From NCBI RefSeq assembly GCF_006345805.1, contig NC_043010.1, positions 42,036,001 through 42,100,000 on the forward strand: a DNA stretch of 64,000 bases. The letters run 5' to 3'. Below the pieces are notes generated by a model. The model did no database searches and was not told the origin of the DNA. It saw only the letters and a list, made by a program, of their open reading frames with translations. The translations under genes were made by a program, and so were the position numbers. The stretch's first letter is position 1. Each line of letters starts with the position of its first letter. Positions 12,130 to 26,200 of this stretch are shown one piece after another. Origin of the DNA: Octopus sinensis. Taxonomy: Eukaryota.

Positions 12130-13935
12130 AAGTCTGTCTTTGTCGAGTTCAAAATAGTAATTGATAAAGATTCAAAATTATAGAAATTTAAATTGAAAAT
12201 ATGAACAAGAGTAACCAGCATCCAAACGTTGATGGAATGACATCATCAGTCTTTAAGTTTCAGTTTTACAACAGACGAAAAAAAGACAGAAAAAAAAGAA
12301 GAAAGAAAAACAGAAAAGGAAAAGAAGAATAGTAAATGAAATTGCATAAATTTGATGATATTCTCCTGTCATTTTATTAAATCCTGCAGGGCGTGATGCT
12401 TATAACCCGCAAACATATTTCTCCTCATGCATTTTGAGAAGTAAAAGTGAAGCAGATTCAGAATATTTTCTGAGAATATGCACTTTCAAGTCTTTTTCAA
12501 AATTGCAGCCGCTTGAAGAAAAATTTTCGGCAAATTCTTTCTAACTACTGTTGTGCATGTCGTTATATCTGTGGCCATTAAATCTTTTGTTTATTGTTCT
12601 GTTGTACAACCAACATAAATCAAGCTGCGTTTCGTGCATTCTACCGCGTACACCAAATGGGAATCTCTACATGTGCCACGTTCTGTATAAAGCATAACAT
12701 TTCTGTTATAATTCCTGGCGGAATTCACATGACTCATGTTGTTACACAATGAACAGGACTTACCTCTCTTTTGACTTCGTTTTCTTGGAGTCAGAAATAG
12801 AGGTCAATATTCTTATTCCGTCTAAAGGCTATACAATAGGTGGCTGAGGAAATTCTGTTTGAAACGGGTATATTTTTTCCCCACGTGTTGATAACTTTCA
12901 TGAAACACTTTTTAAATGCCAGCGAAATTTCGGTGCCAGTTAATCACTAAATGAATTCTGTCATCTATTTTATTGTGCTTTCAAAATTATGCGTGAAAGT
13001 TTTAGTTACTCTTAGCTATTTCGTTTGCTATTTCCTTTAATCGTTATTCGTGGTAACTGCGTTTGACATAATGATGTACAAAAGCATTTGCATGTTTCCA
13101 GTTATCCCCTATGTCAGTATAAATCCGTTTCAACCGCAAAAATTGGGATTTCGGATTTGACAGAATACTATGATGTGGAGGATCGGAGCAACGGTGGAGA
13201 TAAATGTGTGATGACGTGGGCTTGCAAAATAACTCTGTCACTATTCTGCCTTCAGAAAACTTAACTTTTGTATCCAAAAATTCAACGCTAGTTTTTGAAA
13301 AACTAGACGTAATTCTTATGTTGGACTTAAAGCCATAGACTTTAGCATAACAGACACATAAATGCAAGAAGTCACTTAAACTATCCTGTGACCCTTCCTA
13401 AACAACAAAGACCTCATCAGTGAATCGTAACCAGAGTGTTCGTTGATGATCATGAAGGGATTTTAATGTCTTCAGTAACTGCGTATCAAATTTCGTCATG
13501 AAGACCTTAGCGAAATTAACTGCCACGGGAGTACCCATGGCTAGGTCTGGCGAAATTAACTGCCAAGGGGGTACCATGGCTAGGTCTGGCGGTAAACTTT
13601 TTTGTCCAAACGTCATTGTGTTACTTTGTAACACAAACCTCAATAATCTACAGAGAAAACTTGACAGAGTACTTTGTTTGACAGCTTTTCGATGGCAACC
13701 CTGCATGTTTCTCCCCCTCAATTGTGGTCAGATAACTTTTGTTCTTTTCTCTAGTTTTTAACTTAAAGACTGATGATGTCATTCTATAAACGTGTGAACG
13801 CTGGTTGCTCATGTTCGTACTTTCAATTTAAATTTCTATAATTTTTAATTTTTATCACTTCTTTTTTTGAACTCGACAAAGACAGCCTTGTTGTCGAAAT
13901 AACGTTCAAACAATAAAGTATCTATTGCAATCGCA
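12130..13935 (-). mobile_element. Penelope-like retroelement, 5'-truncated and decayed (RT C-half + GIY-YIG), with inverted pLTR copy
   Basis: AMGTPVAVNFAKVFM, WLRFTDEVF, EFLDT, FCKPT..YLH..S, SQFLRLKRI RT motifs; HLVYAVECTK..LIYVGCT GIY-YIG motif near 12600-12680; 12130-12260 is inverted at 13760-13885. Confidence 0.85.
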
Positions 13936-13950
13936 ATCTATTATTATTAT

Positions 13951-14491
13951 TGAGTGAGAGAGCAGTGCATGCCATCAAAGTGACACTGGGGTAAAATATA
14001 CGAAGCTTAGTATACCCATCATAACTACCCGTCTGATAAGGGTACACTAGGGACATGCATCACAACCACATGTGCGGGACATGGTGATCTCACATCAAGA
14101 TAAACAGCACATGACCTTGTAGGCTGGGTCCAGTTAGAATTTTCTCCTGGTCTGTTAGCCCATCCTGCTCAAAAGGTCTCTGAATAAGGCTGTTAAATGA
14201 AACACCCATGTTTCCAAAGGTGAATTATTCAAACCCCAAAGAATCCCTCTCAACACATGGCTATGATGCTCCCCCTCTACTTCTGCTCGTCATCAGCGAT
14301 GCACATATCGTCAGCCACTAAGGGACATGCTCAACTGGTTAAGGTCAAACAACTGACAAGCAAATCTGTGGTATTGAGCAGAATATTTGCTGTAGCCCAT
14401 CTTTTATACCAAGACAAAACAATGTACATGATAACACTTCCAATCAGTTAAGATCAGAAGCCATGAGAGCCACTGTCTGGTATTGCATCAG
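13951..14491 (-). mobile_element. Probable non-LTR retrotransposon 3' end embedded in (TTA)n
   Basis: GC-richer 540-bp block with (TTA)n on both sides; on - strand ends CTCTCTCACTC(AAT)n; class inferred only. Confidence 0.45.
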
Positions 14492-14497
14492 TTATTA

Positions 14498-14546
<49 letters not shown>

Positions 14547-14704
14547 TTTCGTTCGTCTTGGTGTACTTAGTTCAAATTCCGCCGAGGTTAACTTTGCTCT
14601 TCATCATCGGAAAGTCATAAAATAAATCCCAGTTGATTGCTGGGGTCGATGTTATCGACGTTTCCTTTCCCCCGAAAACGGTGGCCTTGTGGCATAATGT
14701 GAAA

Positions 14705-14716
14705 TTATTGTTATTA

Positions 14717-14777
<61 letters not shown>

Positions 14778-14952
14778 CATCATCATCAATATTATTACTA
14801 TTATTATTATTATTAATTATTATTATTATATTATTATTATTATTATCATCATCAATGTTATTACTATTATTATTATTATTATCATCATCATCATCAATAT
14901 TATTACTATTATTATTATTATTATTATATTATTATTATTATTATTATTATTA
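14705..14952. repeat. (TTA)n/(TCA)n microsatellite
   Basis: Direct reading. Confidence 0.95.
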
Positions 14953-15844
14953 TGCCTGATCGAAAAGTTAGGAGAAATTTTTTAAATTATGTTCTCCCAG
15001 AAAGTCGCCCATTAAGTTAGGCAGCCGGAAGCATTTAAGAGTGTTTTTGTGATAAAAGAAGCATTTGCATTTGCTTTCACTGCACGAATGAGCGCAGTTG
15101 CATGCGCTTTGGCTGAATGCAGTGTTTAAATTTTTTTATTGTTTTTCCATTGCAATGATTCTGCTTTAAGTTAAACACACACAATGGCCAGCAGTAATAT
15201 TTTCTGTACGTAAATTCTGGGTTTTGGTTATGCATTCTTTTCTTCCGTGTCTTTTTTCGTGATTTATTGGATAAATATCATGAGATTATTTTGTTTTAAT
15301 CTCTGCACCTGAACGTCCTTATTTTCAGTTCTTTATATTTGGATAGCTACTAACTAATGACTCAACTAGACTTCTGTGTAGAAATTATAACAGTAAAACA
15401 TTTGTTTTATGGAAACACAATGACGTGTCAATTTATGCTTTTCTGTTTTATTTGCCGGACTTTAAGCAACTAGCGACAAGAATGGCAAAAGTATGGGAAC
15501 TTGAGAGAAGGAACGCATCTGTACTGATTGAAATAAGGCGTCATTAATTACAGATTCTTAGGTATGCAACTAGATTCCTACATTAGTTTTAAATTTGAAA
15601 CCGTATTCTACGGGTTTTTAGAAACTTTGTCGGCAGCTGGTTTTTCATCAGTTTCTGCCTTATTTGATAATCATGGCGACACTAAATTTGTAAGTCCCAT
15701 CTTTCGTAACTTTATGCATGTAATCCAAAATCAGCATTCTTCTTTGTAACTTTGTCCGAATCAGATGGTTTTCATTCGTATAATTTGTCTGAATTAATTT
15801 TATTTTATTTATTTATTACGTTTATATATTTGTTTTGCAAGATT

Positions 15845-16100
15845 TTTGATGTGAAATCGTGTGTTGAAACAAATATTGTTGTATTAAGGAATGGTCATTT
15901 TGCCAGTTTAGCCAATAAAAACACACACACTATATATTTGGTATTACTTTGCTTCAGCGTTATTTATTTTTTACATTAATCTTAATCTTATTTCGGCCAG
16001 AGTTCTTTCGTCACACTCCTGTGACCGCATCAGTGATCCTTTGCTTTCTTCTTTCTTATTTGTGTGTCTCTCCTTATTAACCGTCAGCCATTTTGTATTT
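15845..16100 (-). mobile_element. Probable PLE pLTR fragment with degenerate hammerhead-like motif
   Basis: - strand GATCA-CUGAUGC-GGUCA..UGGCC-GAAAU at about 16040-15985. Confidence 0.35.
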
Positions 16101-16956
16101 ATTTATTTATTTATTTATATATTTATTAATTTATTCGCTAAATTTATCTGGTAATGATTAAGCATGTTGCTCAGTATTTGACAGAATATCAATTAGTAAA
16201 AGCAGAGACATTACTCCACCAAGTGATGCTCATCTATCTCATTGTAATTGTAGTAAATCACTGAGCCTACAGAAGATATGTCAATCGCATGCAGATCATT
16301 GATCGACTTGCTAACAACAGAACCAAAGTCACTCTATCTTGTTAAGAAAAATGAAAGACATATTGGACAATGTGGCCCCTAATCGAGAGGGCCAAGACAA
16401 AGTATTTTGATCATTGGTATGTTCGGTCAAACTTAACTTCGGTAATAAGCAACGAGATCTATCTTATTTTATCGTTATAATATTTCCTTGTTGAAGAGTT
16501 GCTCCTTTAAATGCGTTTCTAAAATCTTTCTGCTCATTTGCATGTGCATAATAGATACTGGAGCATGTCGGATTGAATTGTCAAGTAATACTTAGTTTTT
16601 CCCTTGGTTCCGAACTAAAATAATTTCAAGTTTGACAAAAACGAGATACAGTCAAAATATTTGATCCGATTCCGTAAAATATCTGTTAACTTATTAAATC
16701 TGCTGAGTTAACAAAATAACTGCCCAAAAAATCTTATAAAATTATTTTTGAATGAAATACCTACAGATAGTGGGCCATGCTGAAAAACCACGGTGGAGTT
16801 TAATCAGGTTTTACTAGCCTCGATATAGTCAAAATTTTCATTTTAAAGTATATTTAGATAAGAATGCAAATCTATATATGCACAAATAGGCATGCACATG
16901 ACTGAGTGCCATTTCGAAAGACTACAATATAAGGATATATATTTTGTATTGAAATA

Positions 16957-17195
16957 GGCGGCGAGCTGGCTGAAGCGTTAGCACGCCGGGCGAAATACGT
17001 AGCCGTATTTCGTCTGCCGTTATGTTCTGAGTTCAAATTCCGCCGAGGACGACTTTGCCTTTCATCCTTTGGGGGTCGAAAAATAAAGTTCCATTTCGCA
17101 CTGGGGTCGATCCAATCGATTGACCTCCTCTCCCAAAATTTCGACTTAATCCCTTTGTCTGTCCTTGTTTAGCCCCTTGTGGGCAATAAAGAAAT
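16957..17195 (+). mobile_element. SINE family A, full length
   Basis: GGCGGCGAGCTGGC head to GCCCCTTGTGGGCAATAAAGAAATA tail. Confidence 0.85.
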
Positions 17196-17612
17196 ATATA
17201 TATTTTTTTATTGAATTGTAAACCATATTTCTGTAGTTTTCCGTCTCAATTGTATGTTGTTGTCTTCAACATTCTAAGACTGTTTTATTTCAATATCTTT
17301 CACCTAAGTTATGTTAAATATCACTAACACAATAAGAGGAGCAGTACCATAGAATTTAAATTCTTAGAACTTTGCGTTTCTATGTGTATGTATTTACGCG
17401 TGCGTGCGTGTGTGCTTGTGTGTGTGTACGTGCAAGGTTTATCATTTAATATTGAAAAATCACATCGTATTTTTTGTTTAGATGAGTAAGAATCTATCAT
17501 ATGTACCTTTTTCAACCATTGACATTCGTGAACAGTTGACAGTTGACAGGCAATACATATATGATATTTTACATACATTACATAGAGATATACATATATA
17601 TATATATACATA

Positions 17613-18008
17613 CATGTTTCCGGGCTAAATTTGACAGTTTACATCAAAGGAAAAGAAAATACAACACGATATTCCATCCAAAAACCAAAGTAGTCAAAAA
17701 ACTCAAAAAAATCAACTAGCTTCCTCAGCTTCCTCCACGGCCTCCTGACGGCTCCAAAACATCGTGCTTGAATGTTTAATTCTGTCTCTGGGAAGATCTT
17801 CGAATAGTTCCTTGATCTTGGCCACTAACTCAACCGCATTCCCACGTAATAACTCATGGGATTACAATCGGAGGAAGTAGGAGACCACAAATTGGTGCTG
17901 GCGAAGCCATAGAAATACTTTTTGAATTTTTAAAATACTTTATCTTTGGGTGCGATATTGCGTTTCCTTTCCCTTTTATGCAAACGGTGAAATTTAACCC
18001 GAACACCA
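17613..18008. mobile_element. Tc1/mariner deletion derivative
   Basis: Imperfect TIRs (CGGGCTAAATTTGACAGTTT / AAACGGTGAAATTTAACCCG), TA flanks. Confidence 0.5.
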
Positions 18009-18024
18009 TACACACACACACACA

Positions 18025-18088
<64 letters not shown>

Positions 18089-19654
18089 TCATGAACTTGT
18101 TAATAATTTCTCAAAAGATTTTTTTCTATAAACTGTTTTTAACATCTTATTATTATCAAAGAATGTATACATGTATTGCAACTTGTTGTGCCCAATATTT
18201 TAATGAACTTTTTTATATTTTCCAAAGATTTTTCCTTGTAAACTGTTTTTAACATGTTCTTATTATCATCAAAGAATGTATATATGTATTGTAATATTTT
18301 GTGACAACCTAACACAACAAAGCTTTTACATGTTACTTTTAACAATCTTTTTCTAAAAATGTGAAACCGGTCAAGTAAATAAACATCTTTTAAAATTGCA
18401 TTTTCAAACCTTCTTTCATATATATATATATATAGGTGTTCCCTAATTGATAGCACAGATCAACTGCGATAAAAAAGTAGTCGCAAATTAAGCTAGACCA
18501 TTTATAGATAGCCTGATTTGCAAGTTTGTACTTCTGGCGGCTTGCCATTAATTAAACAATGTTTACGTTAAGCACAGCACACCGTGTTATGCAAACGTAT
18601 AGCGTCTAATCATGTTTATATATATTTAAAATATCTAAAACGTTACATTGACGTATTAATGCAATAATATCTATATTAATGTACGCTAGTGTAACCAAGA
18701 AATTGCTACCAGGATCTGCCGTCTTGATGTTCTTATTCATAATCTAAAACTTTACTCAGGATGGTTTCCAAACATGAACAACAAACATTCATTCATTTCT
18801 CTCCAACACCTTATAACTTGTTGTATCAAAGTGCATACGATTAACAAATGAATAGATGATTATTATAAATCTAAAGTCTATAGAATTTGCTAGAATAAAT
18901 CTTTCCTATGGAAGTAATATACAAGAATTTATTAGCAAAGGAGTATTGATATGTGATGATTTTTGAAGACCTAAAGTTCTTAATCTAGACACATCGGTTA
19001 ATTGTTCAGTTAATCAAACACCAACTTAAAAGATAAACTGGAGCACGTTAATGGCACTTTTTCTTCTTCAGTTTATTTCTTCTTAATGACAAGAACATCA
19101 AAGTAATACTGCATATGTGTATCGATATTGCTTACCAAAGGTCATGTGTTACTTAGTTCTTTAGTTTGTTTTAGACATCAAGGTCACGCTGGACCAATAT
19201 CATCACATATATTTGGCTCTGATCTATATTTTATCCATATTTAAATTAGGTACGGGATTCCGTATGGAGTCACTTTGCTTGTTGGATATAGCAGTCACAT
19301 TTTCATTAAATTACACCCTACCTTCTTAAAACAAAAGGAATATCACATTGAAGAATGCAGTCCTGGATAAATACTATGAGATGTTAGTCAATACTAGAAA
19401 GTTTTAATCATAGTTCTTTTGGATGAGAGATGACCTGTGGTCAAACAACAATAGCAAATCTTTACGTTGGAAAGATACATTTTAATTACCATCGTATTCG
19501 CGAGCATCATCAACACTGTTGCTATTGGCATCTTCGTTGTAGTCATCATCGTCGTAATCGGCCTCCAATTCCCTTTCTCGTCTTCTACCTCCTCCCTCTC
19601 CTCTTGTAAACTACAAAGCACCGCAATATTGGGTTGTTATAATAGAGATTTATA

Positions 19655-19875
19655 AGGCGGCGGGCTGGCAGAACCGTTAGCACGCCGGGCGAAATGCGTA
19701 GCCGTATTTCGTCTGCCGTTACGTTTTGAGTTCAAATTCCGCCGAGGTCGACTTTGCCTTTCATCCTTTCGGGGTCGATTAAATAAGTACCAGTTAAGCA
19801 CTGGGGTCGATGTAATCGACTTAATCAGTTTGTTTGTCCCCTCTGTTTTGCCCCTTGTGGGTAGTAAAGAAATAT
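19655..19875 (+). mobile_element. SINE family A, full length with ~17-bp imperfect TSD
   Basis: Flanks TATAATAGAGATTTATA / TATAATAGGGACTTATA. Confidence 0.85.
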
Positions 19876-19977
19876 ATAATAGGGACTTATACTGATTGGG
19901 GTTGATACACGCTATCGAGAATGGTTATTGTTTGCTTTACCAAATAAAGGTTAGAAAGTATTTTAAACTATAATATA

Positions 19978-20056
19978 CAGGGTGATTCAGAGGTTCCTTC
20001 TGCATTTAAATGATGTATAAAATAAAAATGTTAAAGGGGCTTATTAATCACTCTGT
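19978..20056. mobile_element. Tiny Tc1/mariner-type MITE
   Basis: TA-CAGGGTGATT ... AATCACTCTG-TA. Confidence 0.45.
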
Positions 20057-22809
20057 ACATTTATTTTCTTTAATTAGCGAGATGTGAACTCCCTGGAAGG
20101 GAGTACCTGCATAAGTGTCCTCTTATCTGTGTCTTCCAGTATGTCTTCCTGGTTGTTTCAATATTTTAAGTCATCTGTTCTTCTTCTTGTTTTTATTTAC
20201 TGGCAACACGTGAATCCATAAATTCGTTTTGGCTACTTTGTCAAAAAGATCGTTAAATTGTATATAAAATAAAATTCGAAGGGACTTCAGCGAGTATTTC
20301 ATTTTGAAGTATGTCCCGTTTTGTTAAAATATATTTTCTCTGTAAATACTTGTTTGTTTGCATAGATACCATTTTGTTAACTTTTCGTGCTTAAATTAAT
20401 GTTAGAATTGTCTACAGCTGATTTGACATTCGTAATTGCAAGTAGAACAACGAGAATTCCCACAATCAGCACGCAGTCATTATTCTCTTACACAGTTCTC
20501 GTTTCTGATTGATCACCTTTGGACTTCTCTCTACTTTCTTGGTTATGCATTCATTGCAGTGTAAATATTATGAATAATATTCATTGGTCTTAAATGTATG
20601 CCATAATCTTCCCCAACCCTTTTAAAATGCACTCAATTTTCAGCAGCTTTGTTGCATTTAGTCTTTTATCGACAGTTTTCTTTTAAGATTTAAAAATTTT
20701 ATTTAAAATGTTTCCGCAAATCTACCATTTTTCTTCGTCGTATTCAGATTTATATTTTTCTATAGAAATTCAGTAAAGGAAATTAATACAATGATCATCA
20801 TATCTTTGACACTTTACCTCGTATTCTTCTTTTACCCGACTTTTTATCTACTTACATTCCACCACTCTCAAACATATGTTCAATATATCTTTTAGTTAAT
20901 TATATTTACTTCCTAAACCTAATCAATATCATCTTCCATCTCAGCTTTCACTTTCTTCTTTCATTCATATAACACTTCTACTGCTTTTCAAAACTTCTTT
21001 TCATAACCATAAATGCTTTTTAACAATATCTCAGCATATTTTTCTTTATAATGTTCTAGTTTTTCAAAGCACTATCGATTTATCTATCTGTCAGTTTGTT
21101 TGTCAAGCTATGGGGAAAATATGTGCGGCAATCTTTTTCTCTCTTAAATAGTATATTTCGTATATACATAGCCATATATCAACAACGTCCTAAGGTTTCA
21201 TGATGCCTGTGAATGTAGCTCCTCGTCTGTGGATTTCTCTTTACATTATTTAGGATAATTTCAAGTCACACGTCCGGAAAAAAAAAACAACCGAGAGGCA
21301 CTTGAGAGACGAATTGTAATTTGTCTTTGTATTTGTGTGCCACAGTTGCTTGGGCCTACACATAAAATACATTAATTGCAGCCTATGGAATATATGCAAA
21401 TGTTGAGCAAATCCAACAACAACGAAAACAATCTCAAAATGCGCACTTTACATGAACTTTATTGTAACACAAATGGAGCCAATCGTAGTGGACGGATGCA
21501 AATCAGTAAGACTTAATTGAATTAAACTTTTCAGAAATGTCATATTTGTATCGCCGTAAAATATTCCAGAATTATCACCCCTTGCTTACTGTTGTTAATA
21601 TCGTTTAATTTAACTTGACAACTAACACATTCCTATTAGCTTTAAGCAATTGTTTTATCATAGTCGTCGTCATCATCATCCCCATCATCGTCATCATTAT
21701 TGTTATTATCTCCTCCTCTTCATCATCATCATCATCACCATCATCATCATCATCTTCGTTATTATTATTATTATTATTATTATATTATTATTATTATTAA
21801 ACTGTTAGTTCATGAACACTACAAAACAAAATGCACGTGCCGTTGCCGTGGTACGCCACTGAACTCATTGATTGTATGTTTACTTGATGCACACATATTC
21901 CTCCCCCACCTCAAAAAACAAAACTTAAAAAAACTAAAAAAATCATTTTAAAAATGGAAAAGCAATGAGCCAACAAAGGGACCTCTACACAGGTGCTTCA
22001 CTTGCTAGATGTAGTAACCAAATCATTCTCAAATCACAAAAAAAAAAACAAAAGTAAGGCACACTTAGATAACCGAGTTCTAAAATAACCCTAAGTAGCC
22101 AGGATGGTGACGGCTGATGAGTCATTGACCCTAGGTCTGTTTGTATGAAGTTGACCAGCAGCAGAATTAAACAACATTCGTCAGATCCAACGAAAACAAC
22201 AACAACAAACGAAATAACACATGGAAACAAATGATTGTAATAATATAATAATAATGCCATTTCAGTAGACATATGAATGAACAGTAGTAAACATTACTGA
22301 ATGCTATTGAACTCTAATAAACTCTAGTGAACACTAGATAACAATAACAAACGCTGATGAACACTGTCAAGAAAAACGCATAATTATAGATTTTAATTTT
22401 TTTTTTTGAGAAAGTAACGAGTTGTTTATGATTTTTTTTTTTTTTAAAAAAAAAAAAAGGTAACGAAATCGCAAAGTATTTTATTGAGCCAACGAGAGAT
22501 CCTGTTCTGACCTTACTCGACTTGCTAAAAGTAGCAATCCCCCCAAATCACACACAGTGCTGTTTTATAAAAAGAAACACACACAAAATACACTTACTGG
22601 AAATAGAATTATAAAGAAACATAGCTGACTTGGTTAAACAACAATAACACGAGTTAGTATATTGTTAACTAACACAAGACTTTAATATTGTCAATTTAGC
22701 GATCTATTATGTCACCAAAGCCATTTGGAAAAGTATAGACGGGATTAATTCTTTTATCCCTCGTTTGTACTTATTGTTCATATAATCCATACTACTGCTG
22801 CTGCTGCTG

Positions 22810-22852
<43 letters not shown>

Positions 22853-22902
22853 AATTTGTTCACTATTGAATGCACACACATACACACACACACACACACA
22901 CA

Positions 22903-22938
<36 letters not shown>

Positions 22939-23200
22939 TTATATATAAACATATATAAAATCATTCACTTTATTGACTATATATATATATACATGAATGT
23001 ACACAATTACATAATGTATAGACTATATATAATATAATATGATATCACAAACATGCACATGATATAATGCACTCAGAATAGATATGTAAATAGATGATTT
23101 TTCGATTATATCTAATTATTTCATTCACTTTACTGTTGCGTGAAAATTAAGGACAGATCATAATGATATTTGCTCAGTAACACTTCAGTACCGAGTGAAA

Positions 23201-26200
23201 ATGGCAGACTCACACCCTAAGAAGACCAAAAATATCTCAACAAATCCAACATTTCCAGCCTCTCCATCACATGATGCACCCCCACATATAACTGTCAGTC
23301 CACCACCCCTTGCAACACCACCAGCAAAAGACTCACTACCATCAACATCATCATCATCATTAAAAGCATCATCAACAACGGTGACTACTGAGATTTCTAC
23401 TAGTGCCCGATTGGCAACATCAAGACAGTCTAGTAGTGTAGATTCATCTGCTTGTACAGAAAAATTGACAAGATCGTCGTCACAAAATGTTTCAAGTGTA
23501 AAACAATTACCTTCAGTATCAACTTCTTTGTCTGGAGCTAGTACTTCTTTTCAGACCAGGACTGGCACTGCCCCGAAACCCATAGCCAAACCTACCAGTT
23601 TGAGTCTGTATCGTCCCCTCGAAAATGGTGGGATCGGTTACAGTCTGAACGCCTCAAAACATTTTAAAGAAGGGGATAAAAAAGCGAAAAAAGGTGACAA
23701 AGAAGATTTAAATTCGAAATTTAAGCAAAAGACAAGACGTTGGTACTCAGCTGATCAAGAGCCAGAGTATTTTACAGAAAATGAAACACCGGAACAAACC
23801 CAACATAAGACTGAGTCTGAAAGTCACAAAGGAACTTTTAATAAAAGTAATAGTCTAGAAGAGGGCCAACAGAAGAGAGTTCTTGATAGAAGAGGTGCAT
23901 TCAAGTTTAATAAAAGCAAATTAAAAGGTGGCAGTCAGCAACGATGTAACACTAAAAAAGAAAAGGATAAAATGCAGAAAAGTAATAGTACAGATAATAA
24001 TTATGTTGGCGATGATGATGGTGATGTTGATCGTAATGATGATAAAAAAAAATCTAGTAGTGGCTGTATGCCTGGCTCAGGAAAACGTAAAAAGATCAAT
24101 CGTTATATTGGACATTTGGGGAGTAGCAATGAGGGAAGCGATGAAAGTGAAGGCTTCGAAAGTTCGGGCCGCGAACAGAAAGGAACTTTAAATCGACTGA
24201 GTAATAGTTTCAATCTTGGTTTACTTGGACTAGGGCTCGGCGCAACTCGTTCAAGCCAGAAAGATGAGAAAAAGAAAAAGTCTAGTAAGAAGAAAAAAGA
24301 GGATAATGAAAATAGTTGGTCTTTTAAAAGAAGGAAGCCAAAACGTAGCAAAAGTGAAGGATCGAATAGCAGTGACGGCACAGACACAGACGAGAGTTCG
24401 GCAACTACTTCAGAAAGTGGCTATCATAAAAGAAAAAAAGGTGGTATAGATCAAGCTCTCAGAAATACTGCCATAAGATCGGTAACAGAAATGATAACTG
24501 CAATACAAGCAATAGAGCTCCCGACTGTAACGCCATTTGATAGGAGGGAAGCGGTTCACAGATCCGAGAGCATGACTGAAAGAGAAGAGAGTTGGGATGA
24601 TGCTGGATGTCCTCATTTCGAAGAAATGTCTTCATGCACTCGATGTTATGAGAAGGAACATGACTGTAGAAATATTAATACTAATACAGAGCCAAGAGTT
24701 CCTTCACAGTCATTGTGGTTGTCGTACGATAACCGCAAACAAACTGACAATGAAGAAAGTTTGCGGTACGAAATACAAGAATCGGCAGAAAAACGAATGT
24801 CGCTAAAAGAACAATGGCTAAAGGAAAACAAACTAATAACATCCGAGCTTTTGTTACCCAAAACAATGCACCTAAAAACACCTCCTCCGGTCAGATCAAC
24901 TCAAGACGTCGGACAATTTCATAATAAAGCTATTTCTCAGGATAAATTTATTGCAGACCCAAAATCCTCAAAACCATCCCCTTTGTTAAATCCACAAGTA
25001 TCCTCTCCATCTTATGCGCTTGCGTACATTCATGAAAACTCTAAATCAAACAAGCAGGGGTCCGTACTTCCCCTAAGTCAAGCTTTAACATCAACAATGA
25101 AGGAACAACAGTCAAGTATAAAATACAAATATTCATCAAGCTCAGCTGGGTCTTCGTTGAACCCTCAAAATGTTACATCATCACAATCACTGATATCAAC
25201 CTTTCCGAATGTAATAACGAACCGAGAAAAGGGCATAGTTGAGAAAGAAAACGAAAAACTGGATTTTCACGGCGAAACACTTGAATCACAAAAACGTTTT
25301 CAAATGAAACATCCAAGTGAATTCCAAAACGAAGAAACTCTTGATAAATCATGTGAAAATAAAGAAAAGAAAAATGAAAAGAGCGAAGAGTATTCTGACA
25401 AGCAAAGTTGTAAGTTCTTTCAATCGAACAGTAAACCATCTCGAATACCCATCCTTACTCAAAGATCGTCGTCGGCCGAAGGATTTTATAGAAATAAACG
25501 AGTAGATTTGAAAAAATCAATGAGTATTGGTACAAGTGTTTCTAGAAGTGGAGACAGGTACGCAGATATGTTTGTTTCCCAAATTAAAACTGGTAAAGCA
25601 AGGGAACGACAAGTACCAATAAATTCGCCGGTCTACACTAATGCGACTAGTATGAGTGGCTGCAAACTCAAAACTGATAATGCTTGTACAGGGACGACGT
25701 TGTCAACTAATAAAACGGTTGTTTCTTCACTAGCTATGAATGTGTTGCCTCCTTCAGAAAACAGTATAAAATCCATTACAAGTACGTCTACTATTTCCTC
25801 TGATACTACAATACATACTATTGACAAAACCTATGCAAAAGATCAGGTATCTTCACTTACAGATCCAGCCGTATCATCTACTAATCATAGCAGCGGTGCA
25901 AGTGAAATTATTAACCTGAATAGCAAAGGTTCTGCTAGTGCCATTAATGTCTCTGCTAGTAGCAGAAGTGCCGGTACCGCAGATGGGAAATGCCACTATT
26001 ACGACGGTAGCAACAGCCACTGCCAACAGTCAGTCAATAGGACATATAAGCTAATACACAGATCACAATCTGGCAACGACAGCCTCTGCAAAGCGGCTCT
26101 ACTTCACGCTTCTAACGACAGCGAAAGGAGAAGTGATGTGTCTATTGTTGACAGTAGCACGGTTGACTTGCATGGAGCTATTGATGTCGCTGGCAGTGGA

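Noticed and set aside
14633-14959. Poly-Leu ORF resembling a membrane protein
   Set aside because: (TTA)n microsatellite following a SINE
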